NCBI GenBank assembly: GCA_040143965.1
Contig: JASJQH010000014.1
Coordinates: forward strand, 1-53,554
Length of the DNA: 53,554 nt
Direction of reading: 5' to 3'
Origin: Basidiobolus ranarum
Lineage: Eukaryota
A program made the translations under genes and the position numbers. The stretch's first letter is position 1. Each line of letters starts with the position of its first letter. This document shows, in pieces, positions 36,081-49,708 of this stretch. Under the pieces are notes generated by a model, which ran no database searches, was not told where the DNA came from, and saw nothing but the letters and a program-made list of their open reading frames with translations.

Positions 36081-38432
36081 ATGGAATCTGTGTTTACTCA
36101 CCGAACGTCAGACGTTCAAATTGATGAAAATGTTACTTTTGATACTTTGATTTCCAATCCGTTACTTCTGAAGGGTTTAAATCAGTCGGGATATCGTAAA
36201 CCTTCTCCGATTCAACTTAAAGCACTGCCTTTAGGCAGACTTGGTTTAGATATAGTGGCACAAGCAAAATCAGGAACTGGGAAAACTATAGTATTTAGTG
36301 CAATCTCTTTGGAAGCAGTAAATTTACTTGTCAATTACCCACAGGCATATAATTTCATATATAACTTGATAAACAAATGTGCTTTCGTTAAACCGTATAA
36401 TCCTAACTTTAGGTCCTTATACTGGCCCCGACAAGAGAAATTGCGGTACAGATCAAAGAAGTCGTAGCTGCGGTAGGTGCCTTCATTGAAGGCCTACACG
36501 TTCACGTATTTATTGGAGGCATGCCTATTTCAGAAGATTTAATGAGACTAAAAAGTTGTCACATTGCAGTAGGAACACCTGGTATTATTTTTTTCCTTTG
36601 GAACAGTCGTGAATCTCGAGGCCTAAATCTAACGAGTAATAATGTTTCAATAGGTAGAGTTCAGGCACTGATCCAAACGGGAGCATTCCCCGCTCATGCT
36701 ATAAAATTGTTCGTATTAGACGAAGCAGATAAATTGATGGAAGACACTTTCTTCATTCAAATTGAGTATGTATTACAGAGTACTCAGTTTTCAACTATTT
36801 AACTTTACAATTGACAGCTTCTTCACTAAACTAGAGCAATCTATAAATCACTTCCACCAAAAAAGCAATCCATGGCATTTTCAGCAACCTACGATAATGA
36901 ACTGCTGGAGAAGATTAACCGCTTTGTAAATATGCCACAGTATATCATGCTATGTTCCGATACACCCTCACTTGAAGGTAATATTGCTATGATTGGTTAT
37001 AACTATCAGAGCATAGAGTAACAACAACCAATTCAATTACAGGTGTACGTCAGTTTTATGAAATTGTACCAAGCGAGGGCAATAGCACAGTTCGAAAATT
37101 CGTCGCTTATAATAACAAATTTAAGCGACTAGAAGAACTTTTAAGTAAAGTTCCCTTTTATCAATGTATAATTTTTCTTAATCATCGTGGCAGGTACGTA
37201 AATCAAATGCTCTTGATGCCGAAACAGTTGGAAATGATGGACTTATCAACTTTTCTATAGGGCTGTCGAGTTGTCTGAAAATCTAACCCGCAAAGGATGG
37301 CCTGCATTATATACATCAGGTACTGCAGTGGTTATTTCATACACAAATAATCTAGTATGATATCTCATCTACAATCATATATTCTTGTAGGCGGTTTGAA
37401 CCAACGCGAACGCCTTACAACTTTAGCCAAGGCTCGTAATTTTCAATTACGAGTTTTAGTCTGCAGTGATCTAGTAAGATGCGTGTTTGATATTTCGCCT
37501 CACCGACAAGCAAATAACGTATATGTTTGTACATAGATTGCTCGTGGAATTGATATTGAAAGAGTTGACTTGGTTGTAAACTTAGACATGCCCAGAGATC
37601 CAGAAACCTATTTTCATCGCGTTGGAAGAACAGGAAGATTTGGTAATATCTTAATGACAGTAGATACCCAGTATTTTTACTAACCAAAGGAGTAGGTACA
37701 CAAGGTATTGCAGTTAGCTTCATTGATGAAGACGAAGTACCAGCAATTCAACAACTTCAACAAGCATATGATGTCAAATTGGAATTGTTGCCTGGTATGT
37801 ATACTTTCATGAACGTAGTCTGGGAAGGTTTACTCATTTCTACATAGACCAATTGACTGAGGATCTAGCCGATAAGAAAAGTCTTTCCAAGGCAGATCTC
37901 AAAGCGCTTGAAAAACTTGAGAGCGTTAGAACCAGCGCGCAGCTGGTATGTATTTTACCGATAAACCATTCATTCTTGAGTTGGTACTTACATCCATCCT
38001 ATCATCTAGAATCCGATAACCATCCCTGACAAAGTAGACATAGCAACTGTGAAGCCTTCTCGAGCGAAGCGATCGGAGCCGCTCCCCAACTCTCGAGGTG
38101 CTCATAGTAAAGTCATAAATGATAGCGAATTAAATGAATTACATGGAGTTGATACAAGTGACTTGGCAGCTTCCCCGATGTACAACCAATACTACGAAGT
38201 TTCTGCTGAATATAACGGACAGTTCTATTATCAGCCTCAACATTATTACCCTTACCAGTCACATTCACAGCAAACATCAGAACATTACTCTTATCCGTAT
38301 AGTCACACACCATACTATCCAAATCAAACCCATTATCCATACTATCAGTATCAAAATACTCAAACAAATGAACCCAGTAGACCTCCGTACGTTCCTACCA
38401 AACCCTTCTTTCCTCCCGACTTGACCTTCTGA
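36081..38432 (+). CDS. DDX20: DEAD-box RNA helicase DDX20/Gemin3-like; ~11 exons
   Basis: N-terminal RTSDV..F..L signature, [17 protein letters not shown]...[53 protein letters not shown]; Tyr/Gln/Pro-rich tail. Confidence 0.82.
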
Positions 38433-38788
38433 CGAGTAGAATATAAATTTCTTGAAAGTTGACCAAGCTAGAACGAAGTGCCATATCAATCACATAAAAT
38501 CCAACTATTAATTTGGTTAGAAATATCTTATTCAAGATTAGAATTTTAATCAGGCAATTTTATACAAACCACAATAAAGTATCAGCTGAGGTTTACGACC
38601 TTAAGGGGATATGCATAATTAAAATGATTTAAGCTAATCAAGGGACTTATTTTTCCAATGATATAAAAGAACAATGGTTTCCAACTATGGCATTAATCTT
38701 AGTACTTCTCTTCACCTCACCAATTAAGTTTGAACTCCTCACCATATTGTTTCTTTCTCCATCTTAAACCTCCATCTAGAACTCTCAC

Positions 38789-39982
38789 ATGTCTACTATT
38801 GACGAGGAATTCGCTAACCTTGCACCTCCTGAAAACTTTGACTGGGATGAAGCAGCTTTGGGGAACGAGTAAGCCGTTCGTTTCGACTACCGCCTGTTGA
38901 CGAAAATACAATATCCATGCAGATTCTAATTGTTAACAATATGTACTCCATTTAGTGTTGATCTACCACCCGAACTACGCCCCTCCTCACCCTTTAATGA
39001 GCTTGAAACACTCCCGCCTTTAATACCTTCAGACGAAGAAGAGGCTGAAGTAGAGATACACTCTACAAAGGAGCTTTCTGAAACAAGCATATCTTTGGAA
39101 GATACTAAGTTAGAGGAAACGGTGAAAGTCGAAGCCTCCGTTACCAATATTGTATGCAACTCTCTTGAAGCTGAGAAAGAAAAAAAGAAACAAAGAGCTC
39201 TTCGCTTTGGTATACCTTTATCTGATACTGACAAGGTCGTTCAGAGAGCAAAACCAGTTCGTGACCCTGTAGCACAAGTATCTTCAGAGTTGAAAGTGAC
39301 AGAATCGTCTACTCTAAAGATAGCCCCTCCATCAGATAAAACTGAGGAAATTGAACGTGCTATTAAGCGAGCAGAAAGATTTGGCCTCTCATTGACTGAA
39401 GAACAAAAGGTAGCAAAACGTGCTTTGAGATTTGGACTTCCTGTACCAGACGAGGTGATTAAAAAAAATCCAGTTGGTGATAAACAAAAGATTAAACAGG
39501 TTAATCCGCAGAAGAGTAAACGAGTTATCCAAGGTATGATTTCTTCCAGCTTAACCGCTCTATCTCTTCATATTCGCTAATCTATTCTTCTATAGACAAG
39601 AGATCAAATAGTAATACGAAGGGTCAAAAGGCTAACCCTGCCTCTGTTAATAATAAGCTCAACTCAAAGAAATCATTAGCAACAAAACCTAAACAGAATG
39701 GTGTCAAAAAATCACCAAGTCCACAGAAAGCCAAAGTACCAGTGGTTCGGATACTTTTATTATCGTACTAACGTTGTGGAATATCTTTTTGATTAATTAT
39801 TTCTTTACTATTTTCGACATTAGAAGTTAGACTCGGTGACTCCAAAGAAACAAGCACAGACACGATTTGTATCAACTGATTCTAAGCAAAAAGTAGGTCA
39901 ACCCTCACAAGCGAAGAAGCGCCCTGGACGCTTTAACGGAAATGGCAATAATAAGAAAAAGACAAAAACTAAGTCTGCTTGA
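38789..39982 (+). CDS. Tho1/SARNP/MOS11-like protein with repeated RAxRFG motifs; ~4 exons
   Basis: Three motifs KKKQRALRFG, KRAERFG, KRALRFG; acidic N-terminus MSTIDEEFANL..FDWDE; Lys-rich C-terminus ending KTKTKSA*. Confidence 0.65.
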
Positions 39983-40360
39983 TTCGTCTTCAGCCTCACC
40001 TAGGTTAAATCAATTTTACATTCACTTTGTAGATAATTATTACATTTATTATTTCCTTTTACCAACCACACTACTGCCGAGATATTATAATAAAATAAAG
40101 TATATTTGGGAAACTTACGCTACATCATCACATTGATCCATCAAAGTTGTTTAAAGAAAATCCAAAGTGTACCAAATCATTTCTATAGAAAAGTACAATG
40201 ATTAAATAATATTGAAAAAAAAATTCCTTTTTAAAGTACCGGGGAAAATGAAATTCAAGAAAAAAAAATTCCACCAAAAGGAAAACTATTCCCAATTGGA
40301 AATCTTCTTCCTAAACCGACTCTTTTTTGTGTCGATAGTGTTGACCTTGGAAATTTCACA

Positions 40361-41539
40361 ATGTCTGACGTTGAGAAAGAAGTTTTAGAAATGCAAGAGG
40401 ATTCCGTATGTTTATTTATTTTCTTTTTTTATGTACTACTAGCTTTAGTTTTAACTTATTCATCAATCATAATATTAGAGCCTCTTATTTGATTCTTCCA
40501 TGAAGAAGAAAAAGAAGAAGAAGAAGCCTATTGTTGAAGAAGAAACTGTCACCGAAGAGGTCCAAGAAACTCAAGAGGGTGAAGAAGGTAGGTAGTATAT
40601 GCCGTTTTAGTTTGCTGAGCTTTTTATTGATTTCTTTCATAGTCGTAGCTGAGGAAGCTGAGGAGGATTCTTCAGCCATGTTCGCCGACTTGAAAAAGAA
40701 GAAGAAGAAGAAGGTTGTTCTAGAATTGGACGGTGAAGCCACTGAGGAGCCTGCTGCTACCAACGATGCCTTTGACTTTGGTGAGATGAAGAAGAAGAAA
40801 AAGAAGAAGTCTAAGAAGGCTGATATGGAAGCTTTCGAAGCTGATCTTATCGATGAGGAAGAAGATACCAAAGAGGATTCTAGCGAGAAGACTGGTAATT
40901 TTTCATAAACACACCCTGCTGTAACTATAAGAGTCTTACTAAATGCACTATTTCCGACACTAGGTGGTCAAGATTCTTGGCTCGGAACCAACCGTGACTA
41001 CACTTATCAAGAACTTCTTGGTCGTGTTGTTAACATTCTTAAGCAAAATAATCCCGAACTCATCTCTGACAAGAGACGTTATACCATGGTTCCTCCTTCC
41101 ATTCACAGAGATGGTAGTAAGAAGACCTCCTTTACTAACATCACTGATATTTGCAAGAGGTAAGAGAATAATTAGAAATCTCGTGACTTGATATGAACTA
41201 ACGTTGGCTTCGATTTATAGAATGCATCGTCAACCTGAGCATCTTATTCAGTTCTTATTTGCTGAATTGGGTACCAGTGGTTCCGTTGATGGACAAGGTA
41301 GCTTGATCATCAAGGGACGTTTCCAACAAAAGCAAATTGAGAATGTGTTGCGTAGATACATTGTGGAATACGTTACTTGTAAAACTTGCAAATCTCCCGA
41401 TACCGTTCTTTCAAAAGAAAATCGTCTTTTCTTCTTGCAATGTGAGGCTTGTGGTTCTACTCGTTCCGTCTCCGCTATCAAGACTGGTTTCATGGCTCAA
41501 ACTACCAAGAGAGCTGTTGCCCGTCGTGCTGCTGCTTAA
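40361..41539 (+). CDS. SUI3: Translation initiation factor eIF2 beta subunit; 5 exons
   Basis: Three poly-Lys boxes, [23 protein letters not shown]4 zinc finger [13 protein letters not shown]...CEACGS. Confidence 0.97.
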
Positions 41540-41930
41540 ATATGAACATTATAAACGTATACATGTCACAAACTATAAAATTTTAGACACATAAACATAT
41601 CTTCGAGCTCTTCATATTGAATCTGAGAAATATTAAGTGCATTAGTAGATGTTAAGACGCTTTCATAAGTAGCGTACAGTGATGATAATTATGTGTGATT
41701 TTGAAGCTTTATTTAGCATGCACAAACTACAAGTGTAGAATTAGTTAGGTTTAAGGAATAACATAAATGAATAATATCCATAACCATGATTTAGATCAGA
41801 AACTAGAGGTTTTCCATATTTTTTATAGCGATTGAGAAACTCCATGATTTAGTATAGGGAATGTCGAGAATATAGAAACAAAAGAAATGGGGATTCATTA
41901 TGTAACTCGTGCAATCTGATAGTAAGTAAA

Positions 41931-44812
41931 TCATTCTTCGCCCACTGAGAAGTTTGCCTTTTTATGTAATCTACCACCACCACCTGCCTCTCCAACATGG
42001 ATTCCGCTCTGGGCACTGAGTTGTAATTCTCCATTGATTACTTCCACTCGTTCCTTCAATTTCTCAATTTCACTGAGTTTTCTCTCGAGCTCTTCCACTT
42101 CATTATCAATCGACATACGTTCTTCCTTGGTTCCTATTCTGGAGAATTCCCAACGACCATGATCTCCAATCAATCGAAGAAGATATTTGTGGTATTTGAA
42201 TAGAGTTGGACGATGAGAAATGGTAATTAGAGCTATAAAAGGGTAATTATATGTTAGCAATATCCACTGAGCATCATTAACACGAATTCACTCACTGATT
42301 CCCATTTCTTTGGCATGATTGTACATCAGACCCTCAACATCCGAGCTGACTGCACTAGTACATTCATCTAAAACGGCGAACTTGGGATGATGATAGAAAA
42401 GTCGGGCCATGTTCATCTGTTTTCGAAGTAATTCCAGTTAGATCGTACTTTCTAGATGAAGGAGTTACAACATACTTACTCGCTGCTTTTCACCGCCAGA
42501 AAATACATCTTTCCATTCTTTCACTGTCTCCCAGCCACCTTCTCTGTCAGGAATATAGGCGAGATGTACGGCTTTGAGGATTTCAAAGAGCTCTTGATCG
42601 GTACGACCGTCCTGTAGCATTTGAGCGTAGGTGTGAGGGTATATCACTCTACAAATCAAGTTGAACATTTAATAAACTTCATATACCAAGTGTGTGTGAA
42701 GATTCCAAAGTTTACTTACTGTTCACGCAAAGTACCCAATGATAAATAGGGTCTTTGAGGGATGTAGAACATGTTTGACGGGTTAGGTTCTTCAAGAGTT
42801 CCACCTGGATAATTTATGTACATTACTCGTTTGAACACTTGAAAAAGTCACTATCAGTAAATAAAACTTACGGAATACTGGCCATAGTCCACTAATAACT
42901 CGAGCAATAGATGTTTTACCCACTCCATTGGGTCCAGTAATCAACAAATGGTCACCTTTACCGATATCTACGCTCAGGTTCTGTACCAGAAGCTCACCGC
43001 CTTTGACGTTAGTGGGGTTTGGAGTGACAATGGGAACGTTTTTGAATTTTATTCCGTTGATACCATATTCGACAGAGCCACGGATATCAGCAAGGGAGTA
43101 TATTTCATCGACCTTCTCTTGCAATAAAGTTTCATCCACAGCGGAGTAGTATTCGTTATTATTTAGAGAGTGAAGAACAGAAAGAAGATTGTAGACACGA
43201 GAGGTGAAACCAGCAAGTTCAGCCAATTCCTTATACGAGTACATGATACGACCACCGGCATCTGCCAAGGAGATCATTAATCTATTCGATTGAGCATTAA
43301 CGAGTAAGTATGGCATTTACTATAAAATGATAATCACGAGCTATGTATACCTCTTGTTGGTAATAAAGTCCTGGGTTCTAGCACCTGAACGGTCATTTGA
43401 GGGGCCGGTAGTTCCAGTCAACTCTTGACGACCTCCTTTGCCACCCCATTGAGGGAAAAATACAGGGATAGAGCAGACACCAAGACCAATAGCACTCCAA
43501 CAATATTTGATCACAAAATCTTCAAACATATTGTATCCGATGCGAAGTTTGTACACGCGGTTAACATGGCGAATAAGATTTTGGTAGGCTCGATTCAGAA
43601 TAGATTTCTCAAGATTGGCACCATGATAGAAAGCAATCTCCTCTGCATTGGTGATCAAGCGAGTATGAGCTGAACGGAAATCACCCTGACAATCATTGAA
43701 GAGCATCAGCATTTGCTATAAAGGCTGTTTGAGTATATAAATCAAGGTACCTCCAATTTTGCTTCTTCAGCCGCCATTTTCCCGAATGCAGGTGAGATAG
43801 CACGTAAAACGGAAGCACTAAGAATATAGTTAAAGAAGAGTCCAACCATTCCGGAGCCACCTAAACTGCTTGCAAGTTGATAATTGAAAATAAACAGATC
43901 AAGTAACGGTTTGCCGATATTGGAGTAGAGAGAAGACAAGGAGTCGCAGAATTTGGCGATATCTGTAGTAATATACCTAGAACACACATCAGATCTGTGA
44001 TATAGGTGAAGAATATGAATTGTGCTCCGCTTACTGATCAGGACCATCCACACGACCATCAAGGTTAAGAAGCTTATAGTAGGTGATATTTCGACTAAGA
44101 TATAGGTCATGCACGTATCGTGTCAAGCGAGTTCGAAACGCAATTGCCAGCTTAGATTGAAGATAACGAATCTATTTGATAACAGTATTACTCACTAAAT
44201 GACTTCATCTGGTTTCTAAGAAAATTCATTTCAACGTACCATACTATTAGTGTAAGTAGCCGGGATGGCAATAGCAAACCAGTAGCCAATTCCTTTCATA
44301 AATTGCCTTCCATTGGCATGAACCTACCCAGCATAAAATGTTAGTTTGAAGTCCTCTCAAAGAGTATTCAAGTCACTCAAACTTACCAAATCTTTCACAA
44401 TCTTTCCATCTAGTTTAGCAACCACAACACTCAGCCACGTTCTCAAGATAAGGAAGGCAGTATGCAGCATAAGAATAAAAATTTCCTTAGACCGTAAAGA
44501 AGGGATGATAATCATGAAAATAGATTTCATTTGTCTGAAAAATTCATTATCTACTCCCACTTTAGCTCCCGACTTTACAGTAGGGAAGTACTTCCTATGT
44601 TGTTCAAATACCGATTCGGAAACCTTTTGCCCCAATGGATGGTTCTTCTCAATCACTAGCCCTGAGGAGTTTCCGTTAGAAGTGGAGAGAGAGGGCTTTT
44701 TTGACTTGGAGTAGCGGTACACGCGGTTTAACACCAAACCACTTAAAGAGGCCAGGAAGAGTATAGTTCGTATATTAGCACCCTGGCCCAGCCGCTCATG
44801 GCGTGCGCTCAT
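41931..44812 (-). CDS. PXA1: Peroxisomal ABCD half-transporter (Pxa1/ALDP-like); ~10 exons
   Basis: [23 protein letters not shown]-like region ([22 protein letters not shown]), EDFVIKY.WSA.G, Walker [18 protein letters not shown], signature [17 protein letters not shown]. Confidence 0.92.
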
Positions 44813-46901
44813 TTTGATTACTATTTACTCTGTTATTGCAAAAAAAGTCTACTTCAAATAAAGGTAAAGAATAGCTTTACCCAAACTAATAATATTCCAA
44901 GTATTAGAGGATGTGTGAACTATTTTTCAAATATAATTCTGAGTAACAAAAAGGAGCTGATAGAAGAGAGAGAAACGGAAGCAAAAGAGAAGCCAGGTGT
45001 GAAGAATAATATTCGATTACCACGACTGTTAAAATAACATTTATTCCTAAAGAGGATAATTTGTGTACTCTCTCGTATTACTTTCAAATTCAGTACAAAT
45101 CTAAATAGATCCCTAAACCCTGAGCCCTGCCCTCAGTTGACATGTAAGTGGGAAATTTACTGGTAATTTTGACATGGAAATATCTACAGTAACCACGCAT
45201 CTCCCTCGTTTGCCTATTCTTTGCCCTATTTCCCAGTGGTAATCCCGCTTCTTTCATCTAATCTCCCTAAATTAATAAACATCGATCTGATTTGTGACCC
45301 CTTATTATTAGAAATTCTGACATCACATGTCAACCCTGGCCAGCATTTAACTTCCAGCTGTCACATGTGCTTTTCATAAGGGAAATCCTCCTCTAGTAGT
45401 TGATTAATCGAATGATGGTAATTGATGGATTGGTTAAGTGGGGTGGTGTTGACTTGGAATTCACATGCCATTATTTTTCTTTTGGCTTTGGGGAACCAGA
45501 GCATGTTGTACGTAACATCATGTGAAAGCCAATAATGACATCAGCTGGTGGGCTATCACATGCCAATGAAACACGCTTCCCTTATTCCTAGCACATTGGT
45601 GATACATTTTTATCATCCACTAGCCCTAATAACCTAATACCATCACCACGCCAGAACAAGCGCTTGACATAGCTGCGATGGTACCTTTACTTGGTACCTT
45701 GACTCACAGAGTTTGAAGTTGCAAAGAATTCTTATGTTTGGATCATCTGACCTTTGTTGTGATATGCATGTTAATTGGATTAATCATCGATATTTCTCGA
45801 ATTTATGATATTTATTTTCTATATTCATAGATTTATCAAACAATAAACCTTCCAAAGCATTTTCGCGACAAGACAGATTGGGTAGGAGGCATTACAACTA
45901 GTCTACATAGAATTATTTACTTGCATGATGGATAGCAAATTAGATTAGTGCTCGTGATGTGAATTCTAGTGTACAAGGTTTACGTTGACCTTGGTGGAAG
46001 CAAATAGCAAAATATCTTCTTGATAATCATAAATACACGGAAACCACATCTACACAGATAGCACTGCTTATTAGAAAAGTATAGCCAAACATCCCTAAGC
46101 TGCATAGAAAAGTATGAAAGCAGATGTATAATGTAACATTCATTAATCTCCACGAGCTCTCCAATTCTTCCTCAACCCAACGGCCGATCTTTTTCTAATA
46201 AAGTGTTAGTTTCGATATTTCACATAGTAGTACACCAATATCCCGGAGAAAAATTATCTCTTTACCACTAGTAAATTCTATTTCTGCCTTGGTGAATATT
46301 TGATAAGGTACTCGTAAGCTTTGTGGTAAAGTATGTTAAACTCCTCCAAATATTGTAAGAATCCATCAGGCAAGTGCAGAGGAAGTATAGCCTCTATTTA
46401 TATTTATTCCGTTTTCACTAAAACAGTTGCTATGTTCTCGGGAATAATCCCAAACTAGATTTCGGTTGGAGCTCCACATAAACTACGACAACGACATTCT
46501 AAGGCAAATCAATATTCGAGTTACTATATTACGAATGTTGGCGCATTATATTGCGTTTATTTAAAAAACGATCGATTCTGGACCACCACCACCAATGAGA
46601 TTTAACATATTGAAAAATGGGTGTGTTAAAAGAGAATCAAGTTAGCTTAGTCTAGATACTCTTGCCGTTGAGTGATTTTCAATAAATTTATAGTTAAGCG
46701 AGGACCGATTCAATCCTAAGAATCGGCTAAACCGAATAAATAGTCGAATTAAAATGAGTAAACACTCAAGATTCAGCTTTGTTGTTTGTTTATACTTCAA
46801 TAGGTTCAAGATGGATAGATAATTTTGACTTTACTCGTCTTACAGCTCTTCTTTAAATAATCTCGCAACTTGCTTTTTTAGAAGAATAACCTGAAATAGA
46901 A

Positions 46902-47592
46902 ATGGAGGAACCTCGTGCTCTCATCAAGCAAACTATCGATACTTTTCAACCCTCTGGTGATTTGAATGTTATCCGGTATGTTAACAAGTTATTATCTCAA
47001 ACAGATGAGTTAAGACAAAAGCACGCGAACGAGTGTAAAGACATTAACAAAAGTAAGCACAATATCTTGTTTTTTATGGTCAAGTTTACATCTAATATTG
47101 ACAAAACTACTTTTAGCACTTGAGAACGAATTAGAGTTGGCCAAATCAAGTACTAGTAGCTATAAAGCTCTTGCAGTTGACCTACAAGGAGAAAATGTTC
47201 ATAATCTCGAACGTGAAAAGCTCTTTTTAACTAAGCAATTACAGGATTCTGAAGCCAAACTTGGCTCTTTGAAGTCGGAGCTCCAACAGCTTGAGGAGGA
47301 GCTAACTGAATTAACCGACCTTCCTATTGAAGATGATTTAGCTCCTGATCAGACTATGTATGTGTATGTGTATGTGTATATATGTTCATCAACAACGATT
47401 ATTAACATACTTTTCAGTTTAAAACTTCAAATCTATCGCTCTTTGGGTATCGATGCCATTCCCGATGAACAAGGTAACTTGAATAAAGTTCGAGTTCGTT
47501 CTACCGAAAAGAATGACATACACACATTGTCTGTGGACGAACAGCAGTCGAAATATGCTTGCGCCAACCAGTTGTGGGATCTATGTTCTTAA
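46902..47592 (+). CDS. SPC24: Kinetochore Ndc80-complex subunit Spc24; 3 exons
   Basis: N-terminal EEP..LI..T...F...D, central coiled coil, C-terminal LKLQIYRSLGI...VRVRS...DIH.L...YA.ANQLWD. Confidence 0.82.
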
Positions 47593-48057
47593 GGCCTCGA
47601 TTTTTCCTATGTAAATAAGTTTTTTTTATTACTCGGCGTATACGCTGCTATGACAAGACAATAAATATGTTCATCCAATGACCTTCATGATGGTAGTACC
47701 AGGATTCAGCAATACATGATGGCATCTGAACACTTGAATCCTAAACTCTGATGCTTCAGAGAAATCAGGAGAGATTCTATGTACTATCTACTATAACAGT
47801 TCCATATTTGTTTGAAGAGAAAAGCCAGTTAGATTATCCAAAGATAACCATATCGTATATAATGATTTTCAAGCTATGCCTTTTGAATGCAAAATGATGG
47901 AATTTTATTATATCGACAGATACCCCACTCCCACTCTTCTGCTTCCGGTTACGCACAAAAACTAAGCGGAAGGGGAAGGGGTTTGATTCAATTATGATCT
48001 AAAGGTACAGCTAGAAATAAATACGAAGAAAATCTAGAATGACTGGCCAAGCAACAG

Positions 48058-49708
48058 TTACTGAACGTGAACAAATGGCTTGACACGAATGCCTAGGAGT
48101 TGGTACATTGAGCGTGCCTTCTCTTCCATCTTCCCGTAATCTCCGATTAATGTGATCACTTTGCCAGGTTTTCCCATTCTACCAGATCTACCGGCCATGT
48201 GTAGATAGCTGGTTGGTGATGAAGGCAATCCAACGATGAATACGTGGGTTAAATTAGGGATATCAATACCACGCGCGATATGCTCGGTGGCTACATACAC
48301 ATTCCATTCATCAGGCTTGGATTTGAGGAAACGTTGAGACAATTCCATTGCGCTTATCCCGTACTCCTCCAAACGAAGAATGAAATCAGATATACTAGTT
48401 CCAGAACGAACAAATATAACTGCTGATTGAACATTCTCCACTTGGCAAGCTGCGGAAACACTTTCCAACATTATATCATCGTTATCAGGGAAAGGCTCTA
48501 CCTTTTCTATGGCTTCTTCATATCGAGTGTTAGTGATTTTGGGATCAGGTATGACTTCTATGTTACGAATCAATTCCGGATTGACCAAAAGACAGTGATG
48601 CTCAATTTCGGACGGTGGGGATGTACCCTTGGTCGCGTCTATGAATACCGCATCTCCAATCCATTTTTTAGTGAGTAAGAAATGGCGTAAAGGTCGGTTA
48701 ATGGTTGCGGAAGAAGCAATAAATTGGATTTTTTGTTCCCTGGTCCCTTTGTTCATATCGAAGATCAAGTCTGTCAGAATTTCCGCAGGCTTTGGATGCT
48801 TTTCACGAATGTATACTTCACGATTTGAGGCGTACCGTTTGGGAAGTCTCAGCATATGATCAGCCTCGTCAAGAACCAACATGTTAAGCTTAGTTACGTC
48901 TATTGCTCCAGACTCTACTAGTTCCACAAGTCTACCTGGTGTACCGACTACAATTTGCGGTATGGTGGTCTTCAATTTACTCAATTGATTTTTTAGCTGA
49001 GATTTCTCAGTAACCAAAACCTGTAACAACGGATCCATGTTGGGGAATATATCGGATGGAACTAAACTTCTAGCCCATAGTGCGATTTGATTTGCTAATT
49101 CAATACTAGGTACCACTACCATACACCGAACTGCATTAGTGCTTCGAGACGAGTTTATGTAAGGTAAACTCAATAAACTTAAAATCGTCCCGAAAGTTTT
49201 TCCCGAACCAGTTTGATCTCTTAGCAAAATATCTTGTCCTTTCAATATAGCGGGTGTGAGAACCTTTTGTACCGGGGTAGGTGTAAGAATTCCAAACTTC
49301 TGTTTAAGACTCTGACAAAGGATTGGCTTAACTCCAAGATCCTGCGTTGATGAGAAGCATAATTTTAATGGTTAAAATGGCTACAACGAATGTGTGTGAA
49401 TTAAACGGAATTTACCTTGAAATTAGTATCCTTTGGAGCTGAAGAAAAGTTTGATCCCAACCTGACTTGAGTTTTTGCTAGGCTATAAAGAAGTCAGACT
49501 GGCTCAATTCCCAAACATAAATAATGACTGAAACTTACCTCGTAGGAAAACGATTAAATGTAGAAGCATTGGTATTACAATAGGAGCTTACTGAACGTAA
49601 CGAGCACACATTGGGGGATGTTTTTAATTTGCTCAAGGCACTAAGAGAGGTATAGGAATTGAACTTCTTGCATTGAAAGCTTACAGCTCTTCTAGTTGTG
49701 GCAAACAT
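48058..49708 (-). CDS. DEAD-box RNA helicase with predicted mitochondrial presequence; 3 exons
   Basis: Presequence-like MFATTRRAVSF; Q motif F.DLG..PTPVQ, DQTGSGKT, VGTPGRL, LDEADH, SSAT, ARGID, YLHMAGRSGRMG. Confidence 0.88.

Noticed and set aside
47356..47384. (TATGTG)n repeat in Spc24 translating as YVYVYV
   Set aside because: Microsatellite at the start of an intron, not coding.
47923..47982. Possible hairpin (cttccg...cggaag with C-rich/G-rich flanks) between Spc24 and the helicase
   Set aside because: Pairing is short and imperfect; no snoRNA boxes or other ncRNA signature recognised.
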